Source: an uncultured archaeon (lineage in GTDB: Archaea > Asgardarchaeota > Lokiarchaeia > Sigyniarchaeales > SOKP01). Taken from it: DNA of 64,000 nucleotides. Of this stretch, positions 41,601-51,605 are shown piece by piece. How positions within the stretch are numbered: position 1 is the stretch's first letter; each line of letters opens with the position of its first letter. The notes beneath the pieces were generated by a model that had not been told where the DNA came from, ran no database searches, and was given only the letters and a program-made list of their open reading frames with translations. The stretch is taken from NCBI GenBank assembly GCA_964493715.1, contig CAZBPC010000002.1, forward strand, positions 1 to 64,000. Reading direction: 5' to 3'. The translations under genes were made by a program, and so were the position numbers.

Positions 41601-42605
41601 ATGGATGATATTCTTGAAAAAATAAATTTCATTTTGAAAAAAGCTAATTTTGAAACATTTTTACTTAATAATTTCTATGAAAAAAAGAATAAATTTTGTT
41701 TTGATCTGTTAGCAAAAAAGCAAGGAACTATTTTTAGTGTTAAAATATTTTCAAATATTGATAATCTTAATAAAGACTTAGTAAATGATATTAAATCACT
41801 GTCAATCTTGCTTAAATCAAAACCTTTACTGATAGGTCTTAGAAATAGATACCAAAACTTAGAGGATAATGCTCTATATATGCGATATGGATTGCCTTTT
41901 ATTTCGATTAATACATTTGAAAAAATTATAGAAAATGACGAATATCCATACATATTAGCTAGGAGAGGAGGTGGCATTATTTTCTTGGATGGGCAACTTA
42001 TGAAATTAAAAAGAGAATCTGAAGCAATCTCACGAAAGGAGCTTTCAGAGAAATTGGGTGTTACGAAAAGAACAGTTTGTGCCTATGAAAATGATAGTAT
42101 GCGGCCTTCAGAGAGTATTGCTTTAAAAATTCTTGAATTATTACATGATAATATGATCCTAAAGAGAATGAATCCATTTGGCTGGAAGATAAAATTTGAC
42201 TTTAAAGAAACCTCTATTAGTGAAGAAAAAGATTTAAACCCTTTTGAAACTCATATACATGACGTCATTGAGGATATTGGAATGTCAACATATTGGTATA
42301 GTAAAGGACCCATCCCTTTCAAATTTTCTATTTATTCCCCTTCTGAACCCCAGGTTAATGTTTATCCAATCTTTTCAGGGATCTCTGAAGAACAAAAAAA
42401 AATATCAGAAACTAATTTAAAATGCTTGAAAATATTCACAAATTTATTTCAGAAAAAAAGTCTATTAATTGTAACCAACGAAATTAAAGTAACCGATACT
42501 ATTAAGCAAAACTTTATTCCAATTGTAAAAATTAAAGACTTAGAAAAAGTAGATAACGAAGATGAATTTATTGAACTCGTCAAAGGAACGACAAACAACA
42601 TCTAA
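41601..42605 (+). CDS. Conserved archaeal HTH transcriptional regulator
   Basis: CFDLLAKK, KIFSNID, ARRGG, central HTH ELSEKLGVTKRTVCAYE. Confidence 0.85.
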   Translation: MDDILEKINFILKKANFETFLLNNFYEKKNKFCFDLLAKKQGTIFSVKIFSNIDNLNKDLVNDIKSLSILLKSKPLLIGLRNRYQNLEDNALYMRYGLPFISINTFEKIIENDEYPYILARRGGGIIFLDGQLMKLKRESEAISRKELSEKLGVTKRTVCAYENDSMRPSESIALKILELLHDNMILKRMNPFGWKIKFDFKETSISEEKDLNPFETHIHDVIEDIGMSTYWYSKGPIPFKFSIYSPSEPQVNVYPIFSGISEEQKKISETNLKCLKIFTNLFQKKSLLIVTNEIKVTDTIKQNFIPIVKIKDLEKVDNEDEFIELVKGTTNNI

Positions 42606-43296
42606 ATTGATTTGTGGATTAGATGAGGCTGGCAGAATATAATTCGTATCGAATGATATGTTAACAGGACCTGTTCTAGGCCCAATGGTTATTTGTGGTG
42701 TTTGTTTCCTCGAAGAAAATATCCAATCTCTAGAAACTTTAGGAGTGAAAGATTCAAAAAAACTAACTATAAGAAAAAGAACCGAATTATCCGCAATATT
42801 AAAATCAATTTGCTTTTCTTATCAAAATGTTATAATTTCTCCTCAAGAAATTGATGAGAGGATTTCATTGAGAATTTCATTAAACCGACTTGAAGAATTA
42901 AAAATGGCCCAAATACTGAATCATCTAAAGCCAGAGTTAGTATATATAGATGCCGCTGATGTGAGAGAAGAGCGATTTGGACGGTCTATAGCTAAATTAT
43001 TAAATTATTCACCAAAAAAAATCATTTCCAAACATAAAGCTGATGATCTTTACCCAATAGTTTCAGCTAGCTCAATTATTGCTAAAGATATGAGAGATAG
43101 ACTCATTGAAGAACTAAAAAAAAATTATGGAGATTTTGGTTCAGGATATCCCTCAGACGAACGTAGTACGACATTTCTTCGAAAGTGGATAATAGATAAT
43201 AAGAAAGCTCCACCTATTGCAAGAAAATCATGGGAAACTACGAAAAAAATAATAAGAGAAGAAATATTTAATAAGAAGATTACTGATTATGTATAG
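42562..43296 (+). CDS. rnhB: Ribonuclease HII, two exons (42562 or 42607 to 42635, and 42666-43296)
   Basis: Exon 1 ICGLDEAG(R); exon 2 GPVLGPMV, VKDSKKL, YIDAAD, HKADD, SIIAK, GSGYPSD; 30-nt insert carries an in-frame TAA. Confidence 0.92.
42636..42665 (+). other. 30-nt BHB-type intron in rnhB mRNA
   Basis: C-TGGC-AG^A-ATATaATTCG-tat-CGAATgATAT-GTTA-AC^A-G: 4-bp helix TGGC/GTTA (2 G-U), 3-nt bulges AGA/ACA; canonical cuts give GCT GGC AGA GGA CCT. Confidence 0.82.
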
Positions 43297-43359
43297 ATAT
43301 ATTGTAAGATTAATTTAGTTTGAAGAAAAATAAAATTTCTTACAGAAGTATTATTTAAA

Positions 43360-44049
43360 TTATTTGTGGGCAACTAAAATGATGTGATTTGCTGCATATC
43401 TGTGAATATTTAAGTTTTCAATTATTTCATAACCTGCCTTTTCCAAAGTCTTTTTCTCTTGAAGATAAATTTTTTCAGGCTTTTGAACACTATCAATTGA
43501 TTGAGATTTGATTGCAAGAATTAGAAGTCCTTTATCCTTTAGATAATAATTGCAGTTCGCAATGGCAATTTGTGCTTGGTTTGGTTGAGCTATATCTTGA
43601 TAAACTAAATCAATTTTAGTAAAAACAGAATTAGCATATTTTTCGGGAAAATTAGCATCTCCTAAAATTGGAATAATATTTTTTCTTTTGTTAGTATTCT
43701 GAATCAACTGTCGCATGCTACGTTCAGCAAATTCTACTCCATAGATAATTCCATCACATACTATGTCTGAAAGGTGAGATATTGTTGTACCTGACGATGC
43801 TCCTAAATATAAGCATTTTAATTCACTTGATAAAAAATCCTCTAAAGGTTTTTCCAATATCATTGCAGCTAATTTACTTCTATAAGGATCCCATTCTCGA
43901 TACTCTTCTCCTTTAAATGTAACTAACTTCTCCCCGTACACTTTATTACCAGAAACTAAGTTTTTAGAATAAAGTTTTAGGTTATTTGGAGGACCAGATA
44001 TATAAACATTAGAATATTTTGGATGTGCTCTAATGCTTTCGTTGCTCAA
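43360..44049 (-). CDS. flpA: Fibrillarin rRNA 2'-O-methyltransferase
   Basis: YREWDPYRSKLAA, LYLGASSGTTISH, YQDIAQPNQ. Confidence 0.96.
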   Translation of the reverse strand: MSNESIRAHPKYSNVYISGPPNNLKLYSKNLVSGNKVYGEKLVTFKGEEYREWDPYRSKLAAMILEKPLEDFLSSELKCLYLGASSGTTISHLSDIVCDGIIYGVEFAERSMRQLIQNTNKRKNIIPILGDANFPEKYANSVFTKIDLVYQDIAQPNQAQIAIANCNYYLKDKGLLILAIKSQSIDSVQKPEKIYLQEKKTLEKAGYEIIENLNIHRYAANHIILVAHK

Positions 44050-44050
44050 A

Positions 44051-45274
44051 TTAATTTTCCCTCCTTCTTTTTTTATTTAATTGCTTTTTATTTGGTTTTA
44101 TTTTTGGCTCACTTTTTTTAAGTGGGGGTTTTGTATATTTTTTTTCAAGCTCTTTTATTTTTTCTTCAACTTCGTTTGCTAAAGTTTCTCCTATGAACTC
44201 ACCATTAAAAAAATCTACTTTAGTGGCAATTCCTATTTTCCCTGAAATAACTCTAGAAATCTTTCCACGGTTATATGCTTTACTTCCTCTAATCAAATTC
44301 CATTGAAAAATTAAACCGTGTTTGGGTCGTTTTTCACCAGTTTTAAGGAATCTATACAAGGCTTTTTCAGCTCCTAAAAGTTGAATCCTCGAAGCTGGCA
44401 TATAAGCTAAGTTTTTTAAACTTCCTGCTTTTGATATCAATTTTGCTCCTATCAAACTTCCAATAAGTTTAGTAAGATTAGGTGCCGCTTGAGTCATTAA
44501 ATCTTCAAGATATTCCTCCAATACTTCTCGAAAGGCATCTAAATCTAATATTTGTCGAGCGTATTTTTTAATTATAGAAAGATCTAAATCTGCTCCCATA
44601 GATCGGGCTGCTAAATCTTGTAGCATTTGAGTTCGTTTATCTGTAAAAGTAAAATATTCACTAATATTCTCAACAGTATAATTATCTCGATGACCTAATT
44701 TGTCAACCATTTTAGCCAAGATTACATTATCCTCAATTAATTTATCAGTTAATTCCGGAAAATGTAAACCATACCATTCCTTTAACCGGCTTGCAAATAA
44801 ACTTATTGATTTCTTTAAAATATCGAGGGATTCGATCACTTGAATTATTATTAAATCTTCTTTTCCCCCTGCTTCTTTTATATTAGTTTTGATTAATTTT
44901 TCTTGCACATGTTTAAAATGCAATGAGATTTCATTAAATTCAAGGTAATTTCCTATTTTTTTTAGCTGTTCTGTCAAATTAAATCGAAAATTTCTGAATT
45001 CCAAGTTTTCAATAGCATGAGTCGTTTTTAAATCTAATGTCTGGTTCGTAATAGTTGCTAATGCCTCGTTATCAAAAATTAAAACATCAAACCCAGCGGC
45101 ACTAATTTCTTGGACAAATTGTTCAAATTCTTTACTGATAATATTTTCCTTTAATCCATTGAAAAAATCAATAGCTTTATTTTCATTTTTACTAAAATCA
45201 ATAAAATTGATAATTGTTTCTCCTTCGTCCAAGGCATAGATTCCTAATAATGTATCAATTACAAAACACTTCAT
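44051..45274 (-). CDS. nop5: C/D box sRNP protein Nop5 (Nop56/58)
   Basis: EWYGLHFPEL, PASRIQLLGAEKAL, PKHGLIF. Confidence 0.95.
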   Translation of the reverse strand: MKCFVIDTLLGIYALDEGETIINFIDFSKNENKAIDFFNGLKENIISKEFEQFVQEISAAGFDVLIFDNEALATITNQTLDLKTTHAIENLEFRNFRFNLTEQLKKIGNYLEFNEISLHFKHVQEKLIKTNIKEAGGKEDLIIIQVIESLDILKKSISLFASRLKEWYGLHFPELTDKLIEDNVILAKMVDKLGHRDNYTVENISEYFTFTDKRTQMLQDLAARSMGADLDLSIIKKYARQILDLDAFREVLEEYLEDLMTQAAPNLTKLIGSLIGAKLISKAGSLKNLAYMPASRIQLLGAEKALYRFLKTGEKRPKHGLIFQWNLIRGSKAYNRGKISRVISGKIGIATKVDFFNGEFIGETLANEVEEKIKELEKKYTKPPLKKSEPKIKPNKKQLNKKRRREN

Positions 45275-45343
45275 TTTTCATTAAACTTGTGATATGAATT
45301 ATCTCAAATAATAATAATAATACTTTCTTAAATTATAATAGTA

Positions 45344-46270
45344 ATGCTAGAGGTAAATATTTCTGGTTTAAATTTAAAATCACCATTCATTCTAGCTTCT
45401 GGTATCTTAGGAGTTTCTTTTTCTAGTATGAAGAAACTTATGGATGCGGGCTTTGGGGCTATAACAACTAAATCTATTGGTCCTAAACCCAGAAAAGGAT
45501 ATAAAAATCCTTCAATAATCGAAATTTTTCCCGGCACTTTCCTGAATAGTGTAGGATTAGGGAATCCCGGAATAGATTATTTCATTTCAGAAATTAAAGA
45601 GATTAAAGCGAACAATATTCCTTTAATTGTGAGTGTTTTTGGTGATACAAATGAATTATACTTAGAGGTAGCATTAAAAGCACAAGAAGCTGGAGCCGAT
45701 GCAATAGAAATTAACATTTCCTGTCCTCACGCTGAGGTTTCTTCTATAGGCATAAATAAAGATCTCACATTTGACCTAACAAAACTTCTTAAGGAAAAAT
45801 TATCGATTCCTTTATTTGTAAAATTAAACCCTAATGTCACTGATATATGTGAGATAGCTCTCGCTGCCCAAGAGGGTGGTGCAGATGCTGTTGTCGCGAT
45901 AAATACAATGAAAGCAATGAAAATCGATGTTAACACTATGAGACCTATTTTATCTCATGGAAGTGGAGGGCTTTCTGGAAAGGGAATTCACCCTATCGCA
46001 GTGAAAAAAGTTTACGATCTCTACAAAATTTTAAAAATTCCAATAATAGGATGTGGAGGAATATCTAAATGGCAAGATATTATAGAATTTTTCCTTGCTG
46101 GAGCAAGAGCTGTCCAAATCGGTACAGTTTTATATAAAGGCTTAGAAATTATTCCTGATATAATAAAAAATCTTAATACATTTTTAGAAGAACGGTCAAT
46201 TGATAATATTTCTAAACTGATAGGTAAAGCACATTATTTTAAAACTCAAGAGGTGCCAGATTTTGACTAA
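45344..46270 (+). CDS. pyrD: Dihydroorotate dehydrogenase, catalytic subunit
   Basis: ASG, TTKSIG, NISCPH, VKLNPN, GGLSG, IGCGGI. Confidence 0.95.
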   Translation: MLEVNISGLNLKSPFILASGILGVSFSSMKKLMDAGFGAITTKSIGPKPRKGYKNPSIIEIFPGTFLNSVGLGNPGIDYFISEIKEIKANNIPLIVSVFGDTNELYLEVALKAQEAGADAIEINISCPHAEVSSIGINKDLTFDLTKLLKEKLSIPLFVKLNPNVTDICEIALAAQEGGADAVVAINTMKAMKIDVNTMRPILSHGSGGLSGKGIHPIAVKKVYDLYKILKIPIIGCGGISKWQDIIEFFLAGARAVQIGTVLYKGLEIIPDIIKNLNTFLEERSIDNISKLIGKAHYFKTQEVPDFD

Positions 46271-47117
46271 TTACTCTATAAAAATTGTACCTATTATTGA
46301 ATCTTATGAAGTATGTAAGGATATAAAGAATATCACCTTTAATATTAAAAATCTTAAGGACTATAAGTTTGAAAAGCCTAAACCTGGTCAATTTGTAATG
46401 GTGTGGGTACCTGGCATTGATGAGATTCCGATGTCAATATCAAGTTTCGATGATGATGGAAATTGCAGTATTCTTGTGAAAAATATTGGAGAATGCACCA
46501 ATGCCCTAAATAATCTAAAAACTGGAGATTATATAGGTGTGAGAGGACCTCTTGGGAATTGGTTTGAAATACCAACTGAAAGTTTTAAAAAGATTTTCTT
46601 AATCGCTGGGGGAGTGGGTATAGCACCATTGAAATTTTTAATTATTGAACTAAATAATCTGAAAAAAAATTATGTCTTGATCAAAGGTGCTAAAGCAAAA
46701 AATGAACTAATCTTTATCCATGAACATCAAAACTTTGATAAAGAAATCGCAGAAATTTTTTATTGCACTGATGATGGAAGCTATGGTACTGAAGGATTTG
46801 TTTCTGATGTTTTCAAAAACGTTATTAATGATTTTTCTGAAAAACAATTATCAAACGCACTTGTTTATACCTGCGGACCAGAAAAAATGATGTATGAAAT
46901 TTTTCAGATATGTGAACAAAATGGAATGGAATTACAAGCAAGTTTAGAGAGAATTATGCGCTGTGGTTGTGGATTATGTGGTTTATGTGCTTTAGATCCT
47001 CTTGGATTTCTTGTTTGTAAGGACGGTCCAATATTTAATTCCGAAAAGTTAAGGAAAATAGAAGATTTTGGTAAATATCGCCGAGATTTTACTGGAAAGA
47101 AAAATCAAATCGATTGA
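46263..47117 (+). CDS. pyrK: Dihydroorotate dehydrogenase electron-transfer subunit
   Basis: PGQFVM, GGVGIAP, CGPEKMM, CGCGLCGLC...CKDGPIF. Confidence 0.93.
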   Translation: MTNYSIKIVPIIESYEVCKDIKNITFNIKNLKDYKFEKPKPGQFVMVWVPGIDEIPMSISSFDDDGNCSILVKNIGECTNALNNLKTGDYIGVRGPLGNWFEIPTESFKKIFLIAGGVGIAPLKFLIIELNNLKKNYVLIKGAKAKNELIFIHEHQNFDKEIAEIFYCTDDGSYGTEGFVSDVFKNVINDFSEKQLSNALVYTCGPEKMMYEIFQICEQNGMELQASLERIMRCGCGLCGLCALDPLGFLVCKDGPIFNSEKLRKIEDFGKYRRDFTGKKNQID

Positions 47118-47222
47118 ATCATATAATTTATAATATTTATATAAAAGTTTATCTCGATTAATGATACGAAAAATTTGCTTTAGAACATAAAAATTGGGTT
47201 CCTATTTTTAACGTAAAATTCT

Positions 47223-49604
47223 CTATATCATTAATTCAAACTTTTTCAAGTAAAAAAACTTAATCTGATCGTTCAACAAAAGACATGTTACAAATGTATA
47301 ACCTATTATAAATAAAATTGTTATTATAGGTATAGGAGTAATTCCTGGCAGCCCTATTGAAGAAAGTAATAATATAATAATGGAATTAATAATAATCACA
47401 ATAGCTAAAGGTTTACTCGGTTTTGAATTCCAAAAGTGCTTTCTTTCTCTAACGGTGAGTACCGTAAAATATCCTGAATACACCAAAAACACAAGTACAA
47501 ATGTATGTAAGGCATTTACATTTCCCAGTATTCCAAACATTAAATCCCCAATAAAGACTAGAAATATCCCCTCAATAACCATTAGAACGCCTAAAATCGC
47601 TCCTATTTTTACCATTCCGTTAACATTCCAAGTTTCTGGTTTTTTAGAATAACGAACATTATCGGTAGAAAGAGATAAAGTGACATAATCACTTAAAAAC
47701 AAAAGAATGATAATATCTAAAGCAGAAACAATATAAATTCCAAAGATAACAAAAGCAAGAATTATAAATAGTACTCGTTTAAATGTTCTAATCATTTTAT
47801 TTATTATCCAGGTTGCAATCCTTTGATAAATCATTCTTCCTATTATTATTAAATCAATGATACCCTCTAACCCCTCAGTAGTAAGCACCGCACTTGAAGA
47901 TTTCTTTGCAACATCTGTAGCATTACTAACAGCTATTCCAACCTCTGATTGCTTTAGCGCAGGAGCGTCATTGACGCCATCTCCGGTCATACCAACGATA
48001 TGATTATAATTTTGTAAATCTTTTACAATTAAATATTTATCTTCAGGATAAATTTCAGCAAATCCTATGGCATTTTCAATAATATCGTTTTTATCTTTAT
48101 CTGTTAAACTTTTCTTTAATTCTGTTATTCTGATTACATTTTTACCTAAATCAAGCTCCGATGCAATCTCTTGTGCTATAGGTAAAGCATCTCCCGTTAA
48201 AATTTTTACAGAAATACCTAAATCATTAAGTTTCTTGATTAATTGGGAGGCATTTTCTCGAATTTTATCATATAGCATTACATATCCTACCAATCGTAAA
48301 TCTTGCTTTTGAATCCCATATGCAACAGCAAGAAATCTATATCCTTTTGCTATGTAAGAATTAATTTCTTGAGTTATATTATCAAGTTCAATAAAATCAT
48401 TTTGAACTAAATCTTGAATTTCCTTTACAGCACCTTTAAAAACGTAGAATTCAGCATTATTTTTTTTAATGAAAGCTTCTGTTTTTCTTGTTGATGGATC
48501 AAAAGGGATGAAATATTTTTGCTCACAGTCATTAATTTTTATGTTTTTATATTTTGTCATCGATATAAAAGCATAATCAATGGGATCTTGGTTTGCTTCT
48601 TGAGATGCCAAGGCTCCATAGAAGAGAACATCATTTTCTTCAAATCCAGGACGTGGTAAAATCTTTACAATAGAAAGTTTATTAATAGTGAGAGTTCCGG
48701 TCTTATCCACACAAACAATATCCATAGTTGAAGCATCTTCAGTTGCATCCAACCTTGTTATTAATACACCTTTTTTAGATAATTCCAAAGATCCTAAAGC
48801 CATACTTAATGTAAACATAGTAGGCAATGCAACGGGAATAGAAGCAACTAAAAGTATTGCAATTAAAGGGAGAATCTGGAACACAAATTCAATTCCTTTT
48901 AACAATGATATGCTTATTGCTATAAATATTGATATAAATACAATTGCAAGAAGCCACTTAACTACTTTTGATATAATTTCTTGAATATGGAGTTTAGGTT
49001 TAGCAATTTGAACAAGTTCAATAGTGCGTCCAAAAAAAGTTTTCGTTCCAGTTTTAGTAATGAATCCTGTAATTTCTCCACGTTTTACAATGGAGCCTGA
49101 ATACAACTCATCACCTTTTTTTTTCTTAATAGCCATGAATTCTCCCGTTAATGTAGATTGATCTATTTCCAAATTGCCCTCTAATATATTTAAATCGGCC
49201 GGAACGAAATCCCCGCCTCTTAATCTTACAATATCGCCCGGAACTAACTCTCTTGCAGGAATTAATGTCCAAACTCCATCCCGTTTAGTCCGTGCTTTAA
49301 TACTAAGCTTTTCCTTAAGAAGATCCACTGCGCTATTAGCTTTCTCTTCTTGATAATAACCGATTATAGCATTAAACAGGAGAAGCCCCATAATTATATA
49401 ACCTTCAATATATTTACCTAATAGGAATTCTAATATAATCGTAAATTCTAACATCCATGGAGTAATACCCCAGAATTTTTTTAAAAATTTTTGAAGTAAG
49501 TTTACTTTTTTTTCAGGAACCTCATTATAACCATATATATTTAATCTGGTCTTAATTTCCACTAAATCTAATCCCTTTTCTAAATCATTAGAAATTAAAT
49601 TCAA
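47223..49604 (-). CDS. P-type ATPase, type IIIA (H+-efflux-like)
   Basis: DQSTLTGE, IPVALP, DKTGTLT, QDPID, PFDP, GDGVNDAPALK. Confidence 0.92.
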   Translation of the reverse strand: MNLISNDLEKGLDLVEIKTRLNIYGYNEVPEKKVNLLQKFLKKFWGITPWMLEFTIILEFLLGKYIEGYIIMGLLLFNAIIGYYQEEKANSAVDLLKEKLSIKARTKRDGVWTLIPARELVPGDIVRLRGGDFVPADLNILEGNLEIDQSTLTGEFMAIKKKKGDELYSGSIVKRGEITGFITKTGTKTFFGRTIELVQIAKPKLHIQEIISKVVKWLLAIVFISIFIAISISLLKGIEFVFQILPLIAILLVASIPVALPTMFTLSMALGSLELSKKGVLITRLDATEDASTMDIVCVDKTGTLTINKLSIVKILPRPGFEENDVLFYGALASQEANQDPIDYAFISMTKYKNIKINDCEQKYFIPFDPSTRKTEAFIKKNNAEFYVFKGAVKEIQDLVQNDFIELDNITQEINSYIAKGYRFLAVAYGIQKQDLRLVGYVMLYDKIRENASQLIKKLNDLGISVKILTGDALPIAQEIASELDLGKNVIRITELKKSLTDKDKNDIIENAIGFAEIYPEDKYLIVKDLQNYNHIVGMTGDGVNDAPALKQSEVGIAVSNATDVAKKSSSAVLTTEGLEGIIDLIIIGRMIYQRIATWIINKMIRTFKRVLFIILAFVIFGIYIVSALDIIILLFLSDYVTLSLSTDNVRYSKKPETWNVNGMVKIGAILGVLMVIEGIFLVFIGDLMFGILGNVNALHTFVLVFLVYSGYFTVLTVRERKHFWNSKPSKPLAIVIIINSIIILLLSSIGLPGITPIPIITILFIIGYTFVTCLLLNDQIKFFYLKKFELMI

Positions 49605-49908
49605 AACTTATTTCTCCTTTACATAATGCTATAAGATCTTTCATTCTAAACATTTTAGAATAAATCTATTATAAATACCTTTTTCTTATAATATTTAAAC
49701 GATTTTTAAGTTAAAAGTTTTATAAACCAAAAAGAATCACAATAAATTTTTGATTAGATGGTATTTAATTAATTATGAAATGATCCTAATTACTCTAAAA
49801 CAATAATATGTTTATTCTCTAATGTTATCATTGATGTTTCTATAAATAATTAAAATATTGATTTCAAAATCATAAAATTTATCCTATTATAAAAACTATG
49901 TTTACTAA

Positions 49909-51534
49909 ATGGCTGAAGATCTTGATGATTCTGAAAAGTTGGAAAAGATATCTCGAGAAATAATAAATTATTTAATTAAAAATCCTAACATAGCACGTCA
50001 TAGAATTACAAATTTAAAGGGAAAAATTGGAAAAAAATATCATCTTGATAACGTCATAAAGAATGCAACTATTTTACAATTTGCCACAATTGAAGAAAGA
50101 AGAATCATTGTACCACTACTTAAAAGAAGAAAGACACGAACAATCTCAGGAGTATCAGTAATTGCAATTATGACCAAACCACTTCCGTGTCCCGGCACGT
50201 GCATTTTTTGTCCTGGTACAAGCTCTCAACCAGGTCAAAAAGTTGCTCAATCTTATACAGGACAAGAACCCGCTGCACTCCGTTCTATCCATAATCAATA
50301 TGATTCCTTTAAACAAGTCCAAAGCAGAATATCTGATCTAGAAGCAATTGGTCACGTTATAGACAAGATTGAACTTATTTGTATGGGTGGTACCTTTTTG
50401 TCAGCACCTTTAGATTATCAACAACAGTTCATTCAAGGAGCCTACGAGGGTATTCTAAATAAAAAAGTATCTGATTTAAATGAAGCGAAACTATTAGCCG
50501 AAAATTCAAAACGTCGGTTAATTGGATTAACTATCGAAACAAGACCCGATTATTGCAAAGAAGAACATGTTGATAGAATGTTATCGTATGGTGTAACAAG
50601 AGTAGAACTTGGTATTCAAACTGTATTTGATGATGTTTTTGAGTTGGTAAAACGAGGTCATACTACAAGGGACAATATAGAAGCAATCAGGATTGCTCGT
50701 GATGCTGGTCTCAAAATTAATGCCCATATCATGCCGAATTTGCCGGGTTCAGATTATAATCGAGATCTAAATCTATTTCGGACATTATTTTCTAATGCGG
50801 ACTATAGACCAGATATGCTAAAAATCTATCCATGTTTGGTAATAAAAGGTACGGAACTATATAAATGGTGGAAAAACGATTTATATCATCCATACTCAAC
50901 TGATCAATTAATTGATTTGATCGCTCAAATTAAAAAAGAGATCCCACCTTATGTTAGAATTCAGAGGATTATGCGAGATATACCAGCGCCATTAATCGAA
51001 GCAGGATGTAATAAAAGTAACCTAAGACAATTGGTAAAGGCGAGATTAGATGAAAATAAATCAAAATGCAATTGTATAAGATGTCGAGAGTATGGCATAG
51101 CTCTAAATAAAGAACAATACGCTGATAATAAATTTGAAGATTTTAAGCTAGAAAGACTAGATTATAAAGCATCCCAAGGAGAAGAAATTTTTCTTTCGTT
51201 TGAAAATGAAGATTTACTAATAGGTTATTTGAGGTTAAGAAAACCTTCTGAATTTTCTCATAGATCTGAGTTAAATGATGGAAATACCTTAATTGTTAGA
51301 GAAATTAGAATTGTTGGTGAGATTGTTCCAATAGAAACTGTTCCAAGTTATTTTAACCAAATTCAACATCGTGGCTTTGGAAAGATGCTTATGGAAGAAG
51401 CAGAAAAAATATCAAGAGAAGAGCATGATGCAAAAAAATTAGCAGTCATTAGTGGAGTTGGGGCGAGAAACTGGTTCTATAAATTAGGTTATGAATCAGA
51501 TGGACCATACGTTTCAAAAAATTTAGTTTTTTAA
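49909..51534 (+). CDS. elp3: Elp3 tRNA U34 acetyltransferase (radical SAM plus KAT)
   Basis: RTISGV, QSYTG, IETRPD, LKIYP, QHRGFG, ISGVGAR. Confidence 0.95.
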   Translation: MAEDLDDSEKLEKISREIINYLIKNPNIARHRITNLKGKIGKKYHLDNVIKNATILQFATIEERRIIVPLLKRRKTRTISGVSVIAIMTKPLPCPGTCIFCPGTSSQPGQKVAQSYTGQEPAALRSIHNQYDSFKQVQSRISDLEAIGHVIDKIELICMGGTFLSAPLDYQQQFIQGAYEGILNKKVSDLNEAKLLAENSKRRLIGLTIETRPDYCKEEHVDRMLSYGVTRVELGIQTVFDDVFELVKRGHTTRDNIEAIRIARDAGLKINAHIMPNLPGSDYNRDLNLFRTLFSNADYRPDMLKIYPCLVIKGTELYKWWKNDLYHPYSTDQLIDLIAQIKKEIPPYVRIQRIMRDIPAPLIEAGCNKSNLRQLVKARLDENKSKCNCIRCREYGIALNKEQYADNKFEDFKLERLDYKASQGEEIFLSFENEDLLIGYLRLRKPSEFSHRSELNDGNTLIVREIRIVGEIVPIETVPSYFNQIQHRGFGKMLMEEAEKISREEHDAKKLAVISGVGARNWFYKLGYESDGPYVSKNLVF

Positions 51535-51605
51535 TAATAAATTTAAATTTTCCTACTTGATTAGTTATTGCATTATTATATTTAACATTAAAATGATGAT
51601 TTTTA

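Noticed and set aside
42658-42666. ATG start MLT- for RNase HII given by the ORF track
   Set aside because: This ATG lies inside the intron, and the product would lack the catalytic DE residues
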